In this document: positions 1 to 11,032 of the stretch, in pieces
Numbering within the stretch: the stretch's first letter is position 1
How the letters are laid out: every line of letters begins with the position of its first letter
Assembly: GCA_963662795.1 (NCBI GenBank)
Contig: OY759746.1
Span: 2,336,001 to 2,400,000 of the forward strand
Reading direction: 5' to 3'
DNA: 64,000 nucleotides
Source: Spirochaetia bacterium
GTDB lineage: Bacteria > Spirochaetota > Spirochaetia > CADAEX01
Notes under the pieces: model-generated
The model's input: the letters and a program-made list of their open reading frames with translations, nothing else
Told to the model about the DNA's origin: nothing
The model's database searches: none
Made by a program: the position numbers and the translations under genes

Positions 1-2
1 TC

Positions 3-650
3 GGCCATCATTTCCACGGTTTTATGGAGAGAACCCGCCATTTCAGGCCTGATGAGGTTGTCAGGCAGCTTGATGATTCGCTTAAAAGCCTTAATACAGA
101 CTATATCGATATCTACCAGATGCACTCTGCAAAGGATGATGAGTTTCTCACTGATAATGTATGGGAAACTCTTTTAAGGGAAGTTGAAAAAGGGAAAATA
201 AGGCACCTGGGGATTTCCATAAGCCCGAATACAAACATTTATCAGGTTTCACGCGCTAAAAACCTCGGGGCAGAGACTGTCCAGGTAGTCTATAACAGGC
301 TTGACAGAAAGGCGGAGGAAGAGGTTTTTCCGCTGTGCGTCAAAGACAATCTCGGGGTCTTAGCGAGAGTACCGCTTGCAAGCGGCGTTTTAAGCGGAAA
401 ATACGGTGCAGGGCACAAATTTCAGGGAAATGACTGGCGGGCTGCAAATTCGGATGATGAAAACAGGAAGAATCTGCTTGAAGCTGAAAAGATCAGGAGG
501 GAGGAAGTTCCGGAAGGAGTTAACATGGCCTCCTGGGCCCTTGCATGGTGCCTTAAAAACCCTGCCGTTACGGCGGTTATTCCGGGAAGCAAGTCGCCTG
601 AGCAGGCCGCATCAAACGCGGCGGCATCTGATTTGATAGAAAATATTTAA
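3..650 (+). CDS. Aldo/keto reductase, 5'-truncated by window edge
   Basis: SLKSLNTDYIDIYQMH, GKIRHLGIS, PLASGVLSGKY, AVIPGSKSPEQ motifs; frame is open upstream of ATG 24 to the window start. Confidence 0.9.
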   Translation, partial: GHHFHGFMERTRHFRPDEVVRQLDDSLKSLNTDYIDIYQMHSAKDDEFLTDNVWETLLREVEKGKIRHLGISISPNTNIYQVSRAKNLGAETVQVVYNRLDRKAEEEVFPLCVKDNLGVLARVPLASGVLSGKYGAGHKFQGNDWRAANSDDENRKNLLEAEKIRREEVPEGVNMASWALAWCLKNPAVTAVIPGSKSPEQAASNAAASDLIENI

Positions 651-659
651 AAATAATAA

Positions 660-2277
660 TCAATCTGATGCCTGTTTATTTTGACTGCTGATCAGTTCCT
701 GTATCACAGTTGCCATATTTTTAGTGTTGAACGGTTTCTGGATAAATTTAACATTTTTATCCAGTATGCCTTTCTGTTCAATGGTCTCTGAACTATACCC
801 TGACATATATAAAACTTTGGCTGAAGGGTGTGATTTAAGTATTATTCCGGCCATATCCCTGCTGTTCATTTCAGGCATGAATACATCAGTAAGCAGCAAA
901 TGTATTATTCCGTTATGCTTTTCGGCAATTTCAATTGCCTTCCCAGGTTTTGATGAGGAGAGTACTGTATAGCCAAAATTAATTAGTACCTGTTTTAGTA
1001 ATGATAAAACAGCAGTGTCATCATCGACAACAAGTATAGTCTCCCTGTTGGTTTTTTTTGTCATTTTACTTTCATCTGTTTTTAAAACTTCATAATTGCC
1101 TGTATAACGCGGCAGAAATATTTTAAAAGTTGTACCGGTTCCAGGTCCGCTGTAAACATTGACAAATCCTTTATTCTGTTTTGCAATGACGTAAACAGTT
1201 GCAAGATCCAGGCCGATGCCTTTGGTGAATTCTTTGTAGTAGAAAAAGGTTCAAAGATATTAACGAGTAAAGATTTATCCATTCCAGGACCGTTGCCGCT
1301 TACTGAAATAAGTACAAATTCACCCGGATGTGTCGGGCTTTTTCATTGACAGCTGGGCATAATTGAGGGTTACAGTGAGAATATTGTTAAAATCATGAGC
1401 GACTCTTCCTGCGAGATGTCCAGGAGATTGTATTTTTTGTGCCTGACGCAATTGCTCCTCGAGTTTTATATGCTCCGTTATGTTCCGTTTGACAGCCGCA
1501 TTGTTTACGATTCTCCCTGCATCATCCCACACAGGAAAGATTGCGGCTTCTTAGGTATATAACGAACTGTCTTTGCTCCTGTTAATTATTTTTCCCTTGA
1601 ACATCTTTCCCCCTGAAATGGTTTTCCATAAATTATTGTAGAAAGATTCATCCTGCATACTGCTTTTTAAAATGCGGATAATTTATTTCCTTATATGTGT
1701 GGCCAGTGATATCTGACTCAGGCAGGCCAAGAAGATCAGCTGCCGCACTATTAACCCGGGATATAATACTGGTTTCAGTATCGATTAACACAAGTCCAGC
1801 AGGATTTATCTCAAAAAATGTTGAGAGAAGTTCTTCATATTATTTCAGAATGATCTCCGCCAACTGGTGTGCTTTCTTTTCTTTAATTTGTTCGATTGCC
1901 TGTCTAATCGCGGAGGGAAGTCTTGCAAGTTTGTCCTTCATGATATAATCAACTGCACCCTGCTTTATCAGATCGATTGCCGTCTCTTGCCCGATTGTTC
2001 CTGATACAACTATAAATAATGGTATATCAGGACATATCTCAAGTGATTTTTTCAGGACCGCATACCTGTCATATCCGGGTAGTCTGAAATCAGCAAGAAC
2101 AATATCCTATGTGTTTTTGCTGAGTGCAGTGATAAAATCCTGTTCTTTATCAACTCTGTCAATAATTAAATTATATCCGGCATTAAGAAGTGAAGACTTG
2201 ATGATTTCAAAATCATATAAAGAATCCTCAAAAAATATGACGTTTAAATTTGTTCCCGGTATTGTTTTTTCGATCAT
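660..2277 (-). pseudogene. Degraded hybrid sensor kinase (REC-PAS-HisKA-HATPase-REC); C-terminal REC (660-1064) still an open frame
   Basis: Fragments in several frames: N-terminal REC (2277-1850), H-box VAHDFNN (1320-1532), IFEPFSTTK (1082-1282), REC LLLTDVFMPEM/FIQKPF; internal stops and frameshifts. Confidence 0.8.
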
Positions 2278-2319
2278 ATATCTTCTTTTTTAATTAAGGC
2301 AGTTCATTAACAGGCACCC

Positions 2320-3080
2320 GGAATATACCCGGTTTTGTAGACATTTTATAATCCACTTATTTTGTTCTCAAAGTCAACAGGACTGACGTTTCCAATATGC
2401 CTGTGTCTACGTTTTCTGTTATAGAATATCTCAATGTCTTCAAATATTTCTCTTCTTGCTTCATCTCTGGTTTTATATATCTTTTTTCTGATCTTCTCTT
2501 TTTTAAGACTGCTGAAAAAAGACTCAACAGCGGCATTATACTACAGGCAGGCTTTGTACTCATAGCAATTTACCGCGTCTGGACATCCTTGCATGTTACT
2601 GACGGTTTACCGTATATAAACTTTCTTGTTTCATATCTACTTTTTGCTTTAATACCGTTATTACTCATGAGTTTAGCAACACGATTGAGACCGCAGTATT
2701 CTCCGTTTTCTCTTAAATCATTATATATTCTGTAACTACCATATATATAATCACTGCTTATCCGGTACTCTTTGATTTTTTCAAGTAATCTCAAGTCATT
2801 TTTTTCTTTATCTGATACCGGTTTCTTAAGCCATGCGTAATATCCGTTTCTTTGAAGACACAGTACTTTACACATTGTTTTTACTTTAAAGTTCATCCGA
2901 TTTTCTTTTATAAAGGCGTATCTTTTTCAGATTCTCTTGCAAAGTAAGTACGCCGCGGATTTTTTTAGTATGTCACGCTCTTCCTGAATCCGTTTTATTT
3001 CGCGTTTTAATTTAAGGTTTTCATTTTGCAGTTCTTCTACCTGCCTGTTCTTTTTAGAGTCTTTTGCCCTTGAATATTTT
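2320..3080 (-). mobile_element. IS3-family remnant (fragmented orfA/orfB)
   Basis: MCKVLCLQRNGYYAW and YGSYRIY (2570-2896) match OrfB N-terminus; ERDILKK OrfA end near 2960; IR-like GGAATATACCCGGTTTTGTAGACA at 2320. Confidence 0.75.
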
Positions 3081-3108
3081 TACTTATTTATAAATATTTT
3101 AAAAGCCT

Positions 3109-4533
3109 CTACTGTTTTCGGCTCAAATTGTTTTCTGATAGTGAATCAATATAATCAAGGACTTTTTCTTTTGGCCATTTATCGCGATATGGTCGATCAG
3201 ACGTGAGTGCATCCCAAACATCGATAATTGCAAATAATCGTGCAGATAACGGAATCTGATCTTGTTTTAATCCTCTTGGGTAACCTGTTCCGTCCCATTT
3301 TTCGTGATGGCAATATGGTATGTCCAGAGCTGGTCTCAGGTATTTTATCGGGTGTAATAATTCATATGCATATGTCGGGTGCTTTTTGATTATATTAAAT
3401 TCTTCCTCTGTGAGTTTTCCCGGTTTTAGCAATATAGCATCAGGTACTCCCATTTTCCCTATATCGTGTAAAAGTGCACCATATTTAATGTATATCATCT
3501 CAGATTCAGAAAAATCAAATTTATAGGCTAAATTGCAGGTCAATTCAGTTACACGTAAAGTATGCCCTTCTGTTTCTTTATCTCTTAAATCCAAAGCGCG
3601 GGACCAGCCTTCTATGGTAGAATCATAAGCTAATTGCAATTCAATATTTGTTCTATTTAAATTATTCAATAAGATATTGTTTTCGACAGCCATTGCTGCC
3701 TGACCGACAAGAGCTTCAAGAAAATCAATCCAGTCACTACTTGGTTTTAACAATGACCGATGAAAAATATCAACTACGCCAATTATTATACCTTTTGCAA
3801 TTAAGGGAAGTACATAATATGACACAAACCCTTCATGCTGTATTAAAGGATATCTGATGAAGTCGTCTTTAATAGTTTTTAAGTCATCAATAAAAAAGGA
3901 TTTTTGCTCTAAAGCAGCCATTCCTGCATAACCTTCTCCGATATGAAGTTTTGCTTTTTCAATTCCATTGGAAAGAAAACCATATCCAATATAATACTCC
4001 AGCATTCTTGTGTTGTTGTTTAATAAAAGAATATCGGCAGCGTCAATATTTAATTGAAACGACAACTCCCGAAGAACTGTTTTTAATGCAATTTTTAAGT
4101 CAGTAGACCCGAGTATGGCAAGATCAATTTCCCTCAAGGCCTGGAGTTTTTTGAGATTTTTTTGAAGTTCTTGATTGGCCAATATTTGCCCAGTGATATC
4201 GCTAGATAAAACAAATATACCTTCCGGTATGGATTCGATACTCAATTCAAACCAGCCATTCGATCCATCCGGATAAATAAATTCATTTGTTATTTTTGCG
4301 TTTGTTTGATTATCCATGCAGGTTTTTAGAGTTTTAAACATTTCGGTATTTTCAATTCCAGGATAAAGTTCAATCATGGAATGACTTAATAGTTCTTCTT
4401 TGTTTTTTTTACTTTGTTTAATAACAATATCATTTACGTATAAATAATTTCAGTTAAAATCAATAATCTGACAACCTTCAAATAACTTATCAAAAACAGA
4501 AAAACAATTATTCTCGTATTTATTGTTTTGCAC
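3109..4533 (-). pseudogene. PAS-GAF-HD-GYP c-di-GMP phosphodiesterase with in-frame TGA at 4450-4452 and apparently truncated C-terminus
   Basis: HDIGK and HHEKWDGTGYP intact; GTG start 4533 with GAGG RBS is in frame; EGCQIIDFN*NYLYVND has TGA where the paralogous PAS has W; usual HFDP tail absent. Confidence 0.8.
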
Positions 4534-4737
4534 TTTTAGCCTCACAATGTATAATTTTTAAATATAAATCTCATTAAAATTGCAAGTTAAAAGAATCCTG
4601 TTGAATAAATAAAGTGCTATTCAACCAAAGCAGGTGCAAAGACAATTTAAAGTGTGTCGAGTACATGAGATCATAATAATATCTTACCTCAAATATATTA
4701 GAAAAGCAAATTATAATGTTTTTTGAACTGAACAGTT

Positions 4738-5680
4738 AAAAGAGAAGGTCCCCCCCCGCTGCCCATAATCAAAGAAAATGAGTAGCATGGAATTACGACA
4801 AACCAAAAAAGGAGGAACCTATGCATACATATTACCAGCTATACAAAAACTGTAAGAAAATGGCTTCGAAGATTTGAAAAAGAAAAAAAAGGAGACCTCA
4901 AAGACAGATCAAAACGCCCAAAAAAAATTCCAAATGAAATAAAGCTATTCTGGTATTTTAAAATCGTAGATATCTGTAAAGAGGCCAAAAATAGTAACAA
5001 AAGAATAAATGCTGCCATGATAAAAAGAAAGCACAACATACCATACAGCAAGAATACAATTCTAAAAGTCATGAGAGAGATTGATTTCCTGCCCCCAGAA
5101 GAGAAAAAAACATCAGAGAAAGCGGGATTTAAGGGAAATAAAGGCTAAAATGAAACCTTTTGAAAAAGTGCAGGTTGATATCAAATATCTTGATGATATT
5201 CCTGAAATGTATGGTTCATATATTGTTCATAAGCTTTCCGGATATCAAATAACAGCCAGAGACGTAAGTACAGGAGCATTGTTTTACTCATATGCCATAG
5301 AAAAGAACTCAACCAATACAACAATGTTTATTCTTGAGTTAAAAGAGCATCTGGAAAGAAATGGCAGAGAGATGTTGAAACATCTCACCGACTGATTGAG
5401 GATGAGCTTTATGCCTGTGAAACATTTTCATCAAAGAACAATTTCTTCGAAAAAGCAGTTGTTTACCAAAAGTTCTTTAATGCAGGACGCAATAATTCGT
5501 ACAAAGGTGTGACTCCAAAAGAATTATTGCTCGAGAGAGCAGTTAACATTAACCCGGGTGTATTGATTTTTAAACCAGTTCTGATTGATACGTATTACAG
5601 AAAATATAAAGATATTTTTAAGAATTTAAGTGACGAGAATATTGTTTCATGATTTATTGGGGGGGGGAACCTTCTCTTTT
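4738..5680 (+). mobile_element. IS481/ISNCY-like element, degraded transposase
   Basis: Terminal IRs AAAAGAGAAGGTCCCCCCCC and GGGGGGGGGAACCTTCTCTTTT; HTH fragment TVRKWLRRF...DRSKRP; rve fragment VQVDIKYLDDIP...YQITARD. Confidence 0.75.
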
Positions 5681-5813
5681 AATATCCCATAATGTTTTTA
5701 AGATATTCCACCAAATAATCCGGAAAAGACTCATCGACAACACTGAATTGAAAATAAATGATTTTAAAATTCTTGCAGTCTGTATATATAGGATGTAATA
5801 TTAAATAAGAACT

Positions 5814-8102
5814 ATGGAAAATGCAGAACAGGATAATTTCTATAAAATAGTAGAAGGGGCTCCGGACCCCATTTTTATTCAATCAGATCTTAAATTTGCG
5901 TATTTAAATACTGCGGCATGTCATTTATTTGGAATAAAATCGCCTGATGAGCTGCTGGGCACACCGGTTATGGATCGTTTTCATCCTGATTATCATGATT
6001 TAATCAAAAACAGGATTTATAATCTTAATGAGAAAAAAAAACCTGTAAAAGATTTACTTGAGCAAAGATTTATCCGCATTGATGGCAGTGAGGTGTGGGT
6101 AGAAACTACCGGTGAGCCAATACTCTATAACGGTAAAAACAGCGCGCTGGTTTTTGTGCGCAATATAACTGAAAGAAAAGCTGCTGAAGAAGCGCTGAAA
6201 AACAGTGAACACCAGTTTCATTTATTGGCTGAAGCTGCCACGATTGGCGTTGCAATATCAGATTATGATGGAAATAATATTTACACCAATCAGCATTTAA
6301 CCAGGCTTTTTGGTTATGATATGAAAGATATTCCGACAATAGAACATTGGTGGCCTCTTGCTTACCCGGACGAAGAGCAAAGGGAAAAAATAAAATCGGA
6401 ATGGTTAAATTCAGTCAACAAGGCAGTTTCAACAAATTCCAGTATTGAGCCTGATGAGCAGCTAGTAACCTGTAAAGACGGTACAAAGAAATACATTGAA
6501 TTCAGAACTTCTGTCACTGATAAATTAATTTTCGTTATCATTATTGATTTGACGGAACGGAAAAAAGCAGAAGAATCATTAAGAAAAAGCGAAGAGCGAT
6601 ATAGAAATACACTTGATAATATGATTGAAGGGTGCCAGATCATTGGTTTTGACTGGCGGTATATTTATATAAATGATGCTGCCCAGCGGCATAACAGGCG
6701 GCCAAAGGAAGAATTACTCGGGAAAAGATACATGGATGTCTGGCCGGGTATTGAAAACACAGAGGTCTTTAATAAAATCCGGTTATGTCTGACTGAACGC
6801 ACCTCTTTCAGAATGGAGAATCTCTTTATATTTCCAGATGGCACAGAGGGGTGGTTTGTTCTGGTTATTCAGCCGGTTAATGAAGGTGTTTTTATCCTTT
6901 CGATTGACATTACCGGAAGAAAAGAAGCAGAAAAAGAGAAGGATAAACTTCAGGAGCAGTTACTGCAATCCCAGAAGATTGAATCGGTTGGCAGACTGGC
7001 CGGAGGCGTCGCACACGATTTTAATAACATGTTAAGTGTAATTAAGGGATATTCAGAATTAGTAATGGAACAATTAGGTACAAAACACGAAATATATCAG
7101 GATATTAAGGAAATTCTGGATGCTGCCAACCGTTCCGCAGATATTACAAAACAATTATTGGCTTTTGCCAGAAAGCAGAATATTGCACCAGTTACATTGG
7201 ATGTCAACAGCAGCATAACAAAAATACTGAAAATGCTGCAGCGCCTGATAGGTGAAGATATTGATCTGGCATGGATTCCACAGGAAGGATTGTGGCCTGT
7301 GAAAATTGATCCGTCTCAAATAGATCAAATAATGGCAAATCTGTGTGTAAATGCAAGAGATGCTATTGAAGGTGTGGGTAAAATAACGATAGAAACCCAT
7401 AATGTTACTTTTGATGAGCAATACTGCGCAGACCATTACGGGTTTTTACCCGGTGACTATGTTATGCTTGCTGTAAGCGATGATGGCTTAGGTATGGATA
7501 AGGAAACACTTAAACTTATTTTTGATCCTTTTTTTACCACAAAAAATCCTGGTAGCGGGACCGGACTGGGATTGTCAACGGTATATGGAATTTTAAAGCA
7601 AAATAACGGATTTATTAATGTATACAGTGAATCTGGAAAAGGTGCGACATTCAAATTATATTTACCCCGCGAAACCGGTGAGGGAAAAATTAAAGAATTT
7701 GATGATTCCGCTGTTCCGCCTCGGGGTGCCGGTGAAACTATCCTGATTGTTGAAGATGAAAAAGCCATAAGAGATTTGACCGGGAAAGTGTTGGAAAATC
7801 ATGGGTATAATGTGCTGACAGCAGAAACGCCAACCAAAGCATTGCAATTGGCAAAAAAGCATTCAGGTGTGATTCATCTTCTTGTAACCGATGTTGTAAT
7901 GCCGGAAATGAATGGCCGGGAACTGGCTAAAAAGATTGAAAATTTCTATCCTGATATTAAGGTACTGTTTATGTCAGGATATACTTCAAATGTTATTGTG
8001 CACAGAGGTGTTCTTGATGATGGCGTCAATTTTCTGCCGAAGCCCTTCTCTCACAAAGATTTAACACAGAAGGTCTATAAAGCTTTATATATTGGTAAGT
8101 AA
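5814..8102 (+). CDS. Cytoplasmic hybrid sensor histidine kinase (3x PAS-HisKA-HATPase-REC)
   Basis: Three PAS repeats; GGVAHDFNN H-box, NLCVNARDA, FFTTK, GTGLGL; REC LLVTDVVMP...KPF. Confidence 0.95.
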   Translation: MENAEQDNFYKIVEGAPDPIFIQSDLKFAYLNTAACHLFGIKSPDELLGTPVMDRFHPDYHDLIKNRIYNLNEKKKPVKDLLEQRFIRIDGSEVWVETTGEPILYNGKNSALVFVRNITERKAAEEALKNSEHQFHLLAEAATIGVAISDYDGNNIYTNQHLTRLFGYDMKDIPTIEHWWPLAYPDEEQREKIKSEWLNSVNKAVSTNSSIEPDEQLVTCKDGTKKYIEFRTSVTDKLIFVIIIDLTERKKAEESLRKSEERYRNTLDNMIEGCQIIGFDWRYIYINDAAQRHNRRPKEELLGKRYMDVWPGIENTEVFNKIRLCLTERTSFRMENLFIFPDGTEGWFVLVIQPVNEGVFILSIDITGRKEAEKEKDKLQEQLLQSQKIESVGRLAGGVAHDFNNMLSVIKGYSELVMEQLGTKHEIYQDIKEILDAANRSADITKQLLAFARKQNIAPVTLDVNSSITKILKMLQRLIGEDIDLAWIPQEGLWPVKIDPSQIDQIMANLCVNARDAIEGVGKITIETHNVTFDEQYCADHYGFLPGDYVMLAVSDDGLGMDKETLKLIFDPFFTTKNPGSGTGLGLSTVYGILKQNNGFINVYSESGKGATFKLYLPRETGEGKIKEFDDSAVPPRGAGETILIVEDEKAIRDLTGKVLENHGYNVLTAETPTKALQLAKKHSGVIHLLVTDVVMPEMNGRELAKKIENFYPDIKVLFMSGYTSNVIVHRGVLDDGVNFLPKPFSHKDLTQKVYKALYIGK

Positions 8103-8226
8103 AATTACAATTTCCGAAAAGATATAATTGACCGTAAGCGTCAATTATACAGGCAATATCTGTTTACCGGTTTTTGTGGTTCTTTAAACCTTTGATCCGT
8201 CCACGAGTGGCGGATGATGACTCTCT

Positions 8227-8334
8227 TCAATCTTTATATTCACGAAAGCTTTCTTCATCGACAAAAATATAATTAAAATGTATATCCTTTTGAACACTGT
8301 TAATATCCTCACACCATTGATTCAATCGCTTCAT
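8227..8334 (-). pseudogene. Remnant resembling C-terminus of a type III restriction (Res) subunit
   Basis: Translates MKRLNQWCEDINSVQKDIHFNYIFVDEESFREYKD*, similar from memory to Res C-termini. Confidence 0.45.
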
Positions 8335-8500
8335 TATAGAAACAATTATTAACAATATAGTTTTCTTCAGGAATTACTTGAACTCTTATAAGATTTGGAG
8401 ACGATTTAATACTCTCTGCTAAAAGATTAGCTTTTTTGCTATTTGGTCTCGGTATTTTTTTGGTAATGGATCTATCATCTATCTATAACCGCCCATCCTT

Positions 8501-8522
8501 CTCCCGCCATGAATGGCGGGAG
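8501..8522. terminator. GC-rich perfect hairpin (terminator- or REP-like)
   Basis: CTCCCGCCAT-GA-ATGGCGGGAG; no clear U-tract. Confidence 0.45.
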
Positions 8523-8552
8523 TCATTTAAAAATATTCTGTAAAAATCTTGC

Positions 8553-8724
8553 CTTTAACGTCCCGAGGATAAGCGACGCATTGTAGACCAAGATTGATTA
8601 ACATAAAGTTGTAATTTGTTTCTTTTAAAACTTGTTGTTTCTAAAAGTTGTAGTTCAAAACCTACGATGTGCGGCGAAGTCCAAGCGAGATACTTCGAGC
8701 GTAGCGCTTGAACCGCTGTTATCC
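8553..8724 (-). repeat. attC-like / REP-like long imperfect inverted repeat
   Basis: TAAC...GTTA outer ends, AAGCG/CGCTT and CATTGTAG/CTACGATG inner arms, AT-rich centre; lies just downstream of the LuxR gene. Confidence 0.5.
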
Positions 8725-8795
8725 ACCAGTGCCCCCACTTCTTGTCCAGGCCGCACGGCGGACGCTTGCGAGAGGCTGGACTAACATATTTTTTA

Positions 8796-9557
8796 TTATA
8801 ATAGTCCTATACACTTTAAATATGTAATCGCTTGCGTAATGTTTTTAGATGAAGTTTTCTGTAATACATGCTGTCGGTGGTTATTGACTGTATTTAAACT
8901 TATACATAATTTGTCTGATATAGTCTTACTGTCAAACCCCTGTGAAATTAATTCTATAATTTCTTTTTCCCTGTTAGTTATAAGAAAAGTTTTAATATTA
9001 GATTCCTCATTGAAAAGACATATTTTTTTATTTTTTGTATTTATTAAAAACCGTCGTGGTTTTTCTTTATCTGGATATGTTGAAATAACATCAGATATGA
9101 TTAACATAATCCATGAGTTATAGAACTTATCAAGCTCATATAGCATTAACTGATGAAGAAAGCGAATATACAATCCACTTTTACTTTGAACCCTGTAATC
9201 ATAGACAAGCTTGTAGTCTTTTTTTTCGCCGCTTTGAATAGATTTTAAAAAATTATACATTTTTATTTCTGAATCATATAATATTTCTACATCATCCGGG
9301 TGAATCATTAAGTGATAATTATCAACATTGTTAACATCAATATTATCTTTACTGGTATATCCCAGCAACTCTATGTGCTTATCTACTTTTAATAAAAACT
9401 CTTTTCTGTTTAAATCATAAATGGAAATTGCTCTGTTTTCTATATCTGCTAGATTTTTCAGACTTACTAATTTTTGCTCTAATTTTTTATAATCAGTATC
9501 ATCAACAAAGCAGTGAAGAGATTGTTTAAGTTTTTCATATTCTTGTTTTATTCCCAT
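8796..9557 (-). CDS. PAS-fold + LuxR-type HTH transcriptional regulator
   Basis: MIHPDD PAS motif; ITNREKEIIELISQGFDSKTISDKLCISLNTVNNHRQHVLQK LuxR HTH; start at MGIKQ chosen to avoid overlap with the divergent gene. Confidence 0.85.
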   Translation of the reverse strand: MGIKQEYEKLKQSLHCFVDDTDYKKLEQKLVSLKNLADIENRAISIYDLNRKEFLLKVDKHIELLGYTSKDNIDVNNVDNYHLMIHPDDVEILYDSEIKMYNFLKSIQSGEKKDYKLVYDYRVQSKSGLYIRFLHQLMLYELDKFYNSWIMLIISDVISTYPDKEKPRRFLINTKNKKICLFNEESNIKTFLITNREKEIIELISQGFDSKTISDKLCISLNTVNNHRQHVLQKTSSKNITQAITYLKCIGLL

Positions 9558-9624
9558 AAAATGATGATTTCTAACCATATAATTTATTATAAATAATAAA
9601 TATTCTTTTTTAAGGATATTTACA

Positions 9625-10083
9625 ATGGGGAAAGGCAGGCATTCACTGTATACACAGTTTACACCTTCAAAGCCATGTACATGTGAAATATGCCGATATT
9701 TTTGCATTCGTCCGGGGTGGTGGTTAGTCGAAGAAGCTCAAAAAGCTATTAAGGATGGGCATGCAAACAGAATGATGCTTGAATTTTCTTCAGATTTTTC
9801 TTTTGCAGTTTTATCTCCGGCCTTTAAAGGTAATGAAGCATATTTTGCATTACAAAGCTTTAGCAAGAATAAGTGTACTTTTTTTATTGAAGGCAGATGT
9901 TCAATATTTTTAAAAGAATATCAACCGATTGAATGCCGCTTTTGTCATCATGACCGCCTTGGTCTTGGCGGCAAATGTCATTGTGAAATTGGCAAGGATT
10001 GGAATACCAGCAAAGGAAAAAGACTGATTAAGCATTGGTTGAATTTATGCAATCTGCAATCACCGCCATTTTTTCATACTTAA
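9625..10083 (+). CDS. Cys-rich putative Zn/Fe-chelating (YkgJ/CxxCxxCC-like) protein
   Basis: PCTCEICRYFC...KCTFF...CSIF...PIECRFCHH. Confidence 0.65.
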   Translation: MGKGRHSLYTQFTPSKPCTCEICRYFCIRPGWWLVEEAQKAIKDGHANRMMLEFSSDFSFAVLSPAFKGNEAYFALQSFSKNKCTFFIEGRCSIFLKEYQPIECRFCHHDRLGLGGKCHCEIGKDWNTSKGKRLIKHWLNLCNLQSPPFFHT

Positions 10084-10193
10084 TATTTTTCTAAATCATA
10101 ATATATTTAAAAAATGAATACTCCTTGCCCGTTGGCTGGAGGTTTAAACTGCGCCCTTTTGTCAACACACTTTTGACAAGTGTTTAAGGTGTA

Positions 10194-11012
10194 TCACGCC
10201 GCCTGTTCTGCCAGGCTGACAGCCTGAAATGATTCATGTATTTCATCAGGAGTCCTGTATTCAAGACTCTGGTGGAAACGCCTGGTGTTAGAAAAATTAA
10301 AATATTGCGTTACTCCTTCCTTAAGTTCTTTAACTGTTTCATAATGTTTTATATAAATATCTTCGTACTTGAGTGATCTCCAGAGCCTTTCGACAAAAAT
10401 ATTATCAGGCGCACGGTTTTTCCCGTCCATGCTTATTCTTATGCCATAATCATGCAGTACTTCTGTCCAGCAGGGTGAAGTAAATTGGCAGCCCTGATCA
10501 GTGTTGAAAATTGCAGCCACTCCATACTTTTCAATTGTTTCATGTAAGCAGTTTGCAAATATTGGCGCATCAAGTGTATTGGTTATTATCCAGTTAAGCA
10601 CTTTGCGAGAATAAAGATCTATTACCGCCATTAGGTACACATGCCCTGATGGCAGTTTGATATAAGTCAAATCAGCAGCCCAGACCTGATTCGGGTATCT
10701 TATTATTTTCCCTTCAAGCAGATAGGGATATTTCTTGCTTTCCTGCCTTGCTTTTGAAAGATTCTCTCCGGGAAATATTGCCATAAGCCCTGCTTTTCTC
10801 ATGATTCTGCGTATCTGTTTCCGGGATACACTTAAGCCTTTACTATTGATCTCAAGAGCTATTTTTCTATAGCCATAAAATGGCAGGAGAATTAATGTTT
10901 CCCTTATCTTTTTAAGTATCTCAATATCTTTTTCCTCAACTTTCCTCCTGCTTTTGTAATATGCTGTACTTCGTGAAATAATCAGTGCCTTGCCTTGTTT
11001 TTTTATACTCAT
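10194..11012 (-). CDS. IS3 transposase OrfB (DDE)
   Basis: WAADLTY, FNTDQGCQF, NIFVERLWRSLKYE. Confidence 0.9.
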   Translation of the reverse strand: MSIKKQGKALIISRSTAYYKSRRKVEEKDIEILKKIRETLILLPFYGYRKIALEINSKGLSVSRKQIRRIMRKAGLMAIFPGENLSKARQESKKYPYLLEGKIIRYPNQVWAADLTYIKLPSGHVYLMAVIDLYSRKVLNWIITNTLDAPIFANCLHETIEKYGVAAIFNTDQGCQFTSPCWTEVLHDYGIRISMDGKNRAPDNIFVERLWRSLKYEDIYIKHYETVKELKEGVTQYFNFSNTRRFHQSLEYRTPDEIHESFQAVSLAEQAA

Positions 11013-11032
11013 GTTTTCATATGCCTTTTCAA

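Noticed and set aside
4450-4452. In-frame TGA at a Trp position, suggesting TGA recoding
   Set aside because: TGA terminates core genes (rpoB, rpoC, rpsL, rplW), tRNA-Trp has anticodon CCA, and neighbouring genes are decaying; a nonsense mutation is simpler.
8670-8714. TGCGGCGAA and CTTGAACC matching the tRNA-Leu 3' end as a possible second att site
   Set aside because: Only 9 + 8 bp with wrong spacing, embedded in a hairpin element; compatible with chance.
9558-9707. N-terminal extension of the LuxR ORF
   Set aside because: Overlaps the divergent Cys-rich gene; the downstream ATG at 9557 is more plausible.
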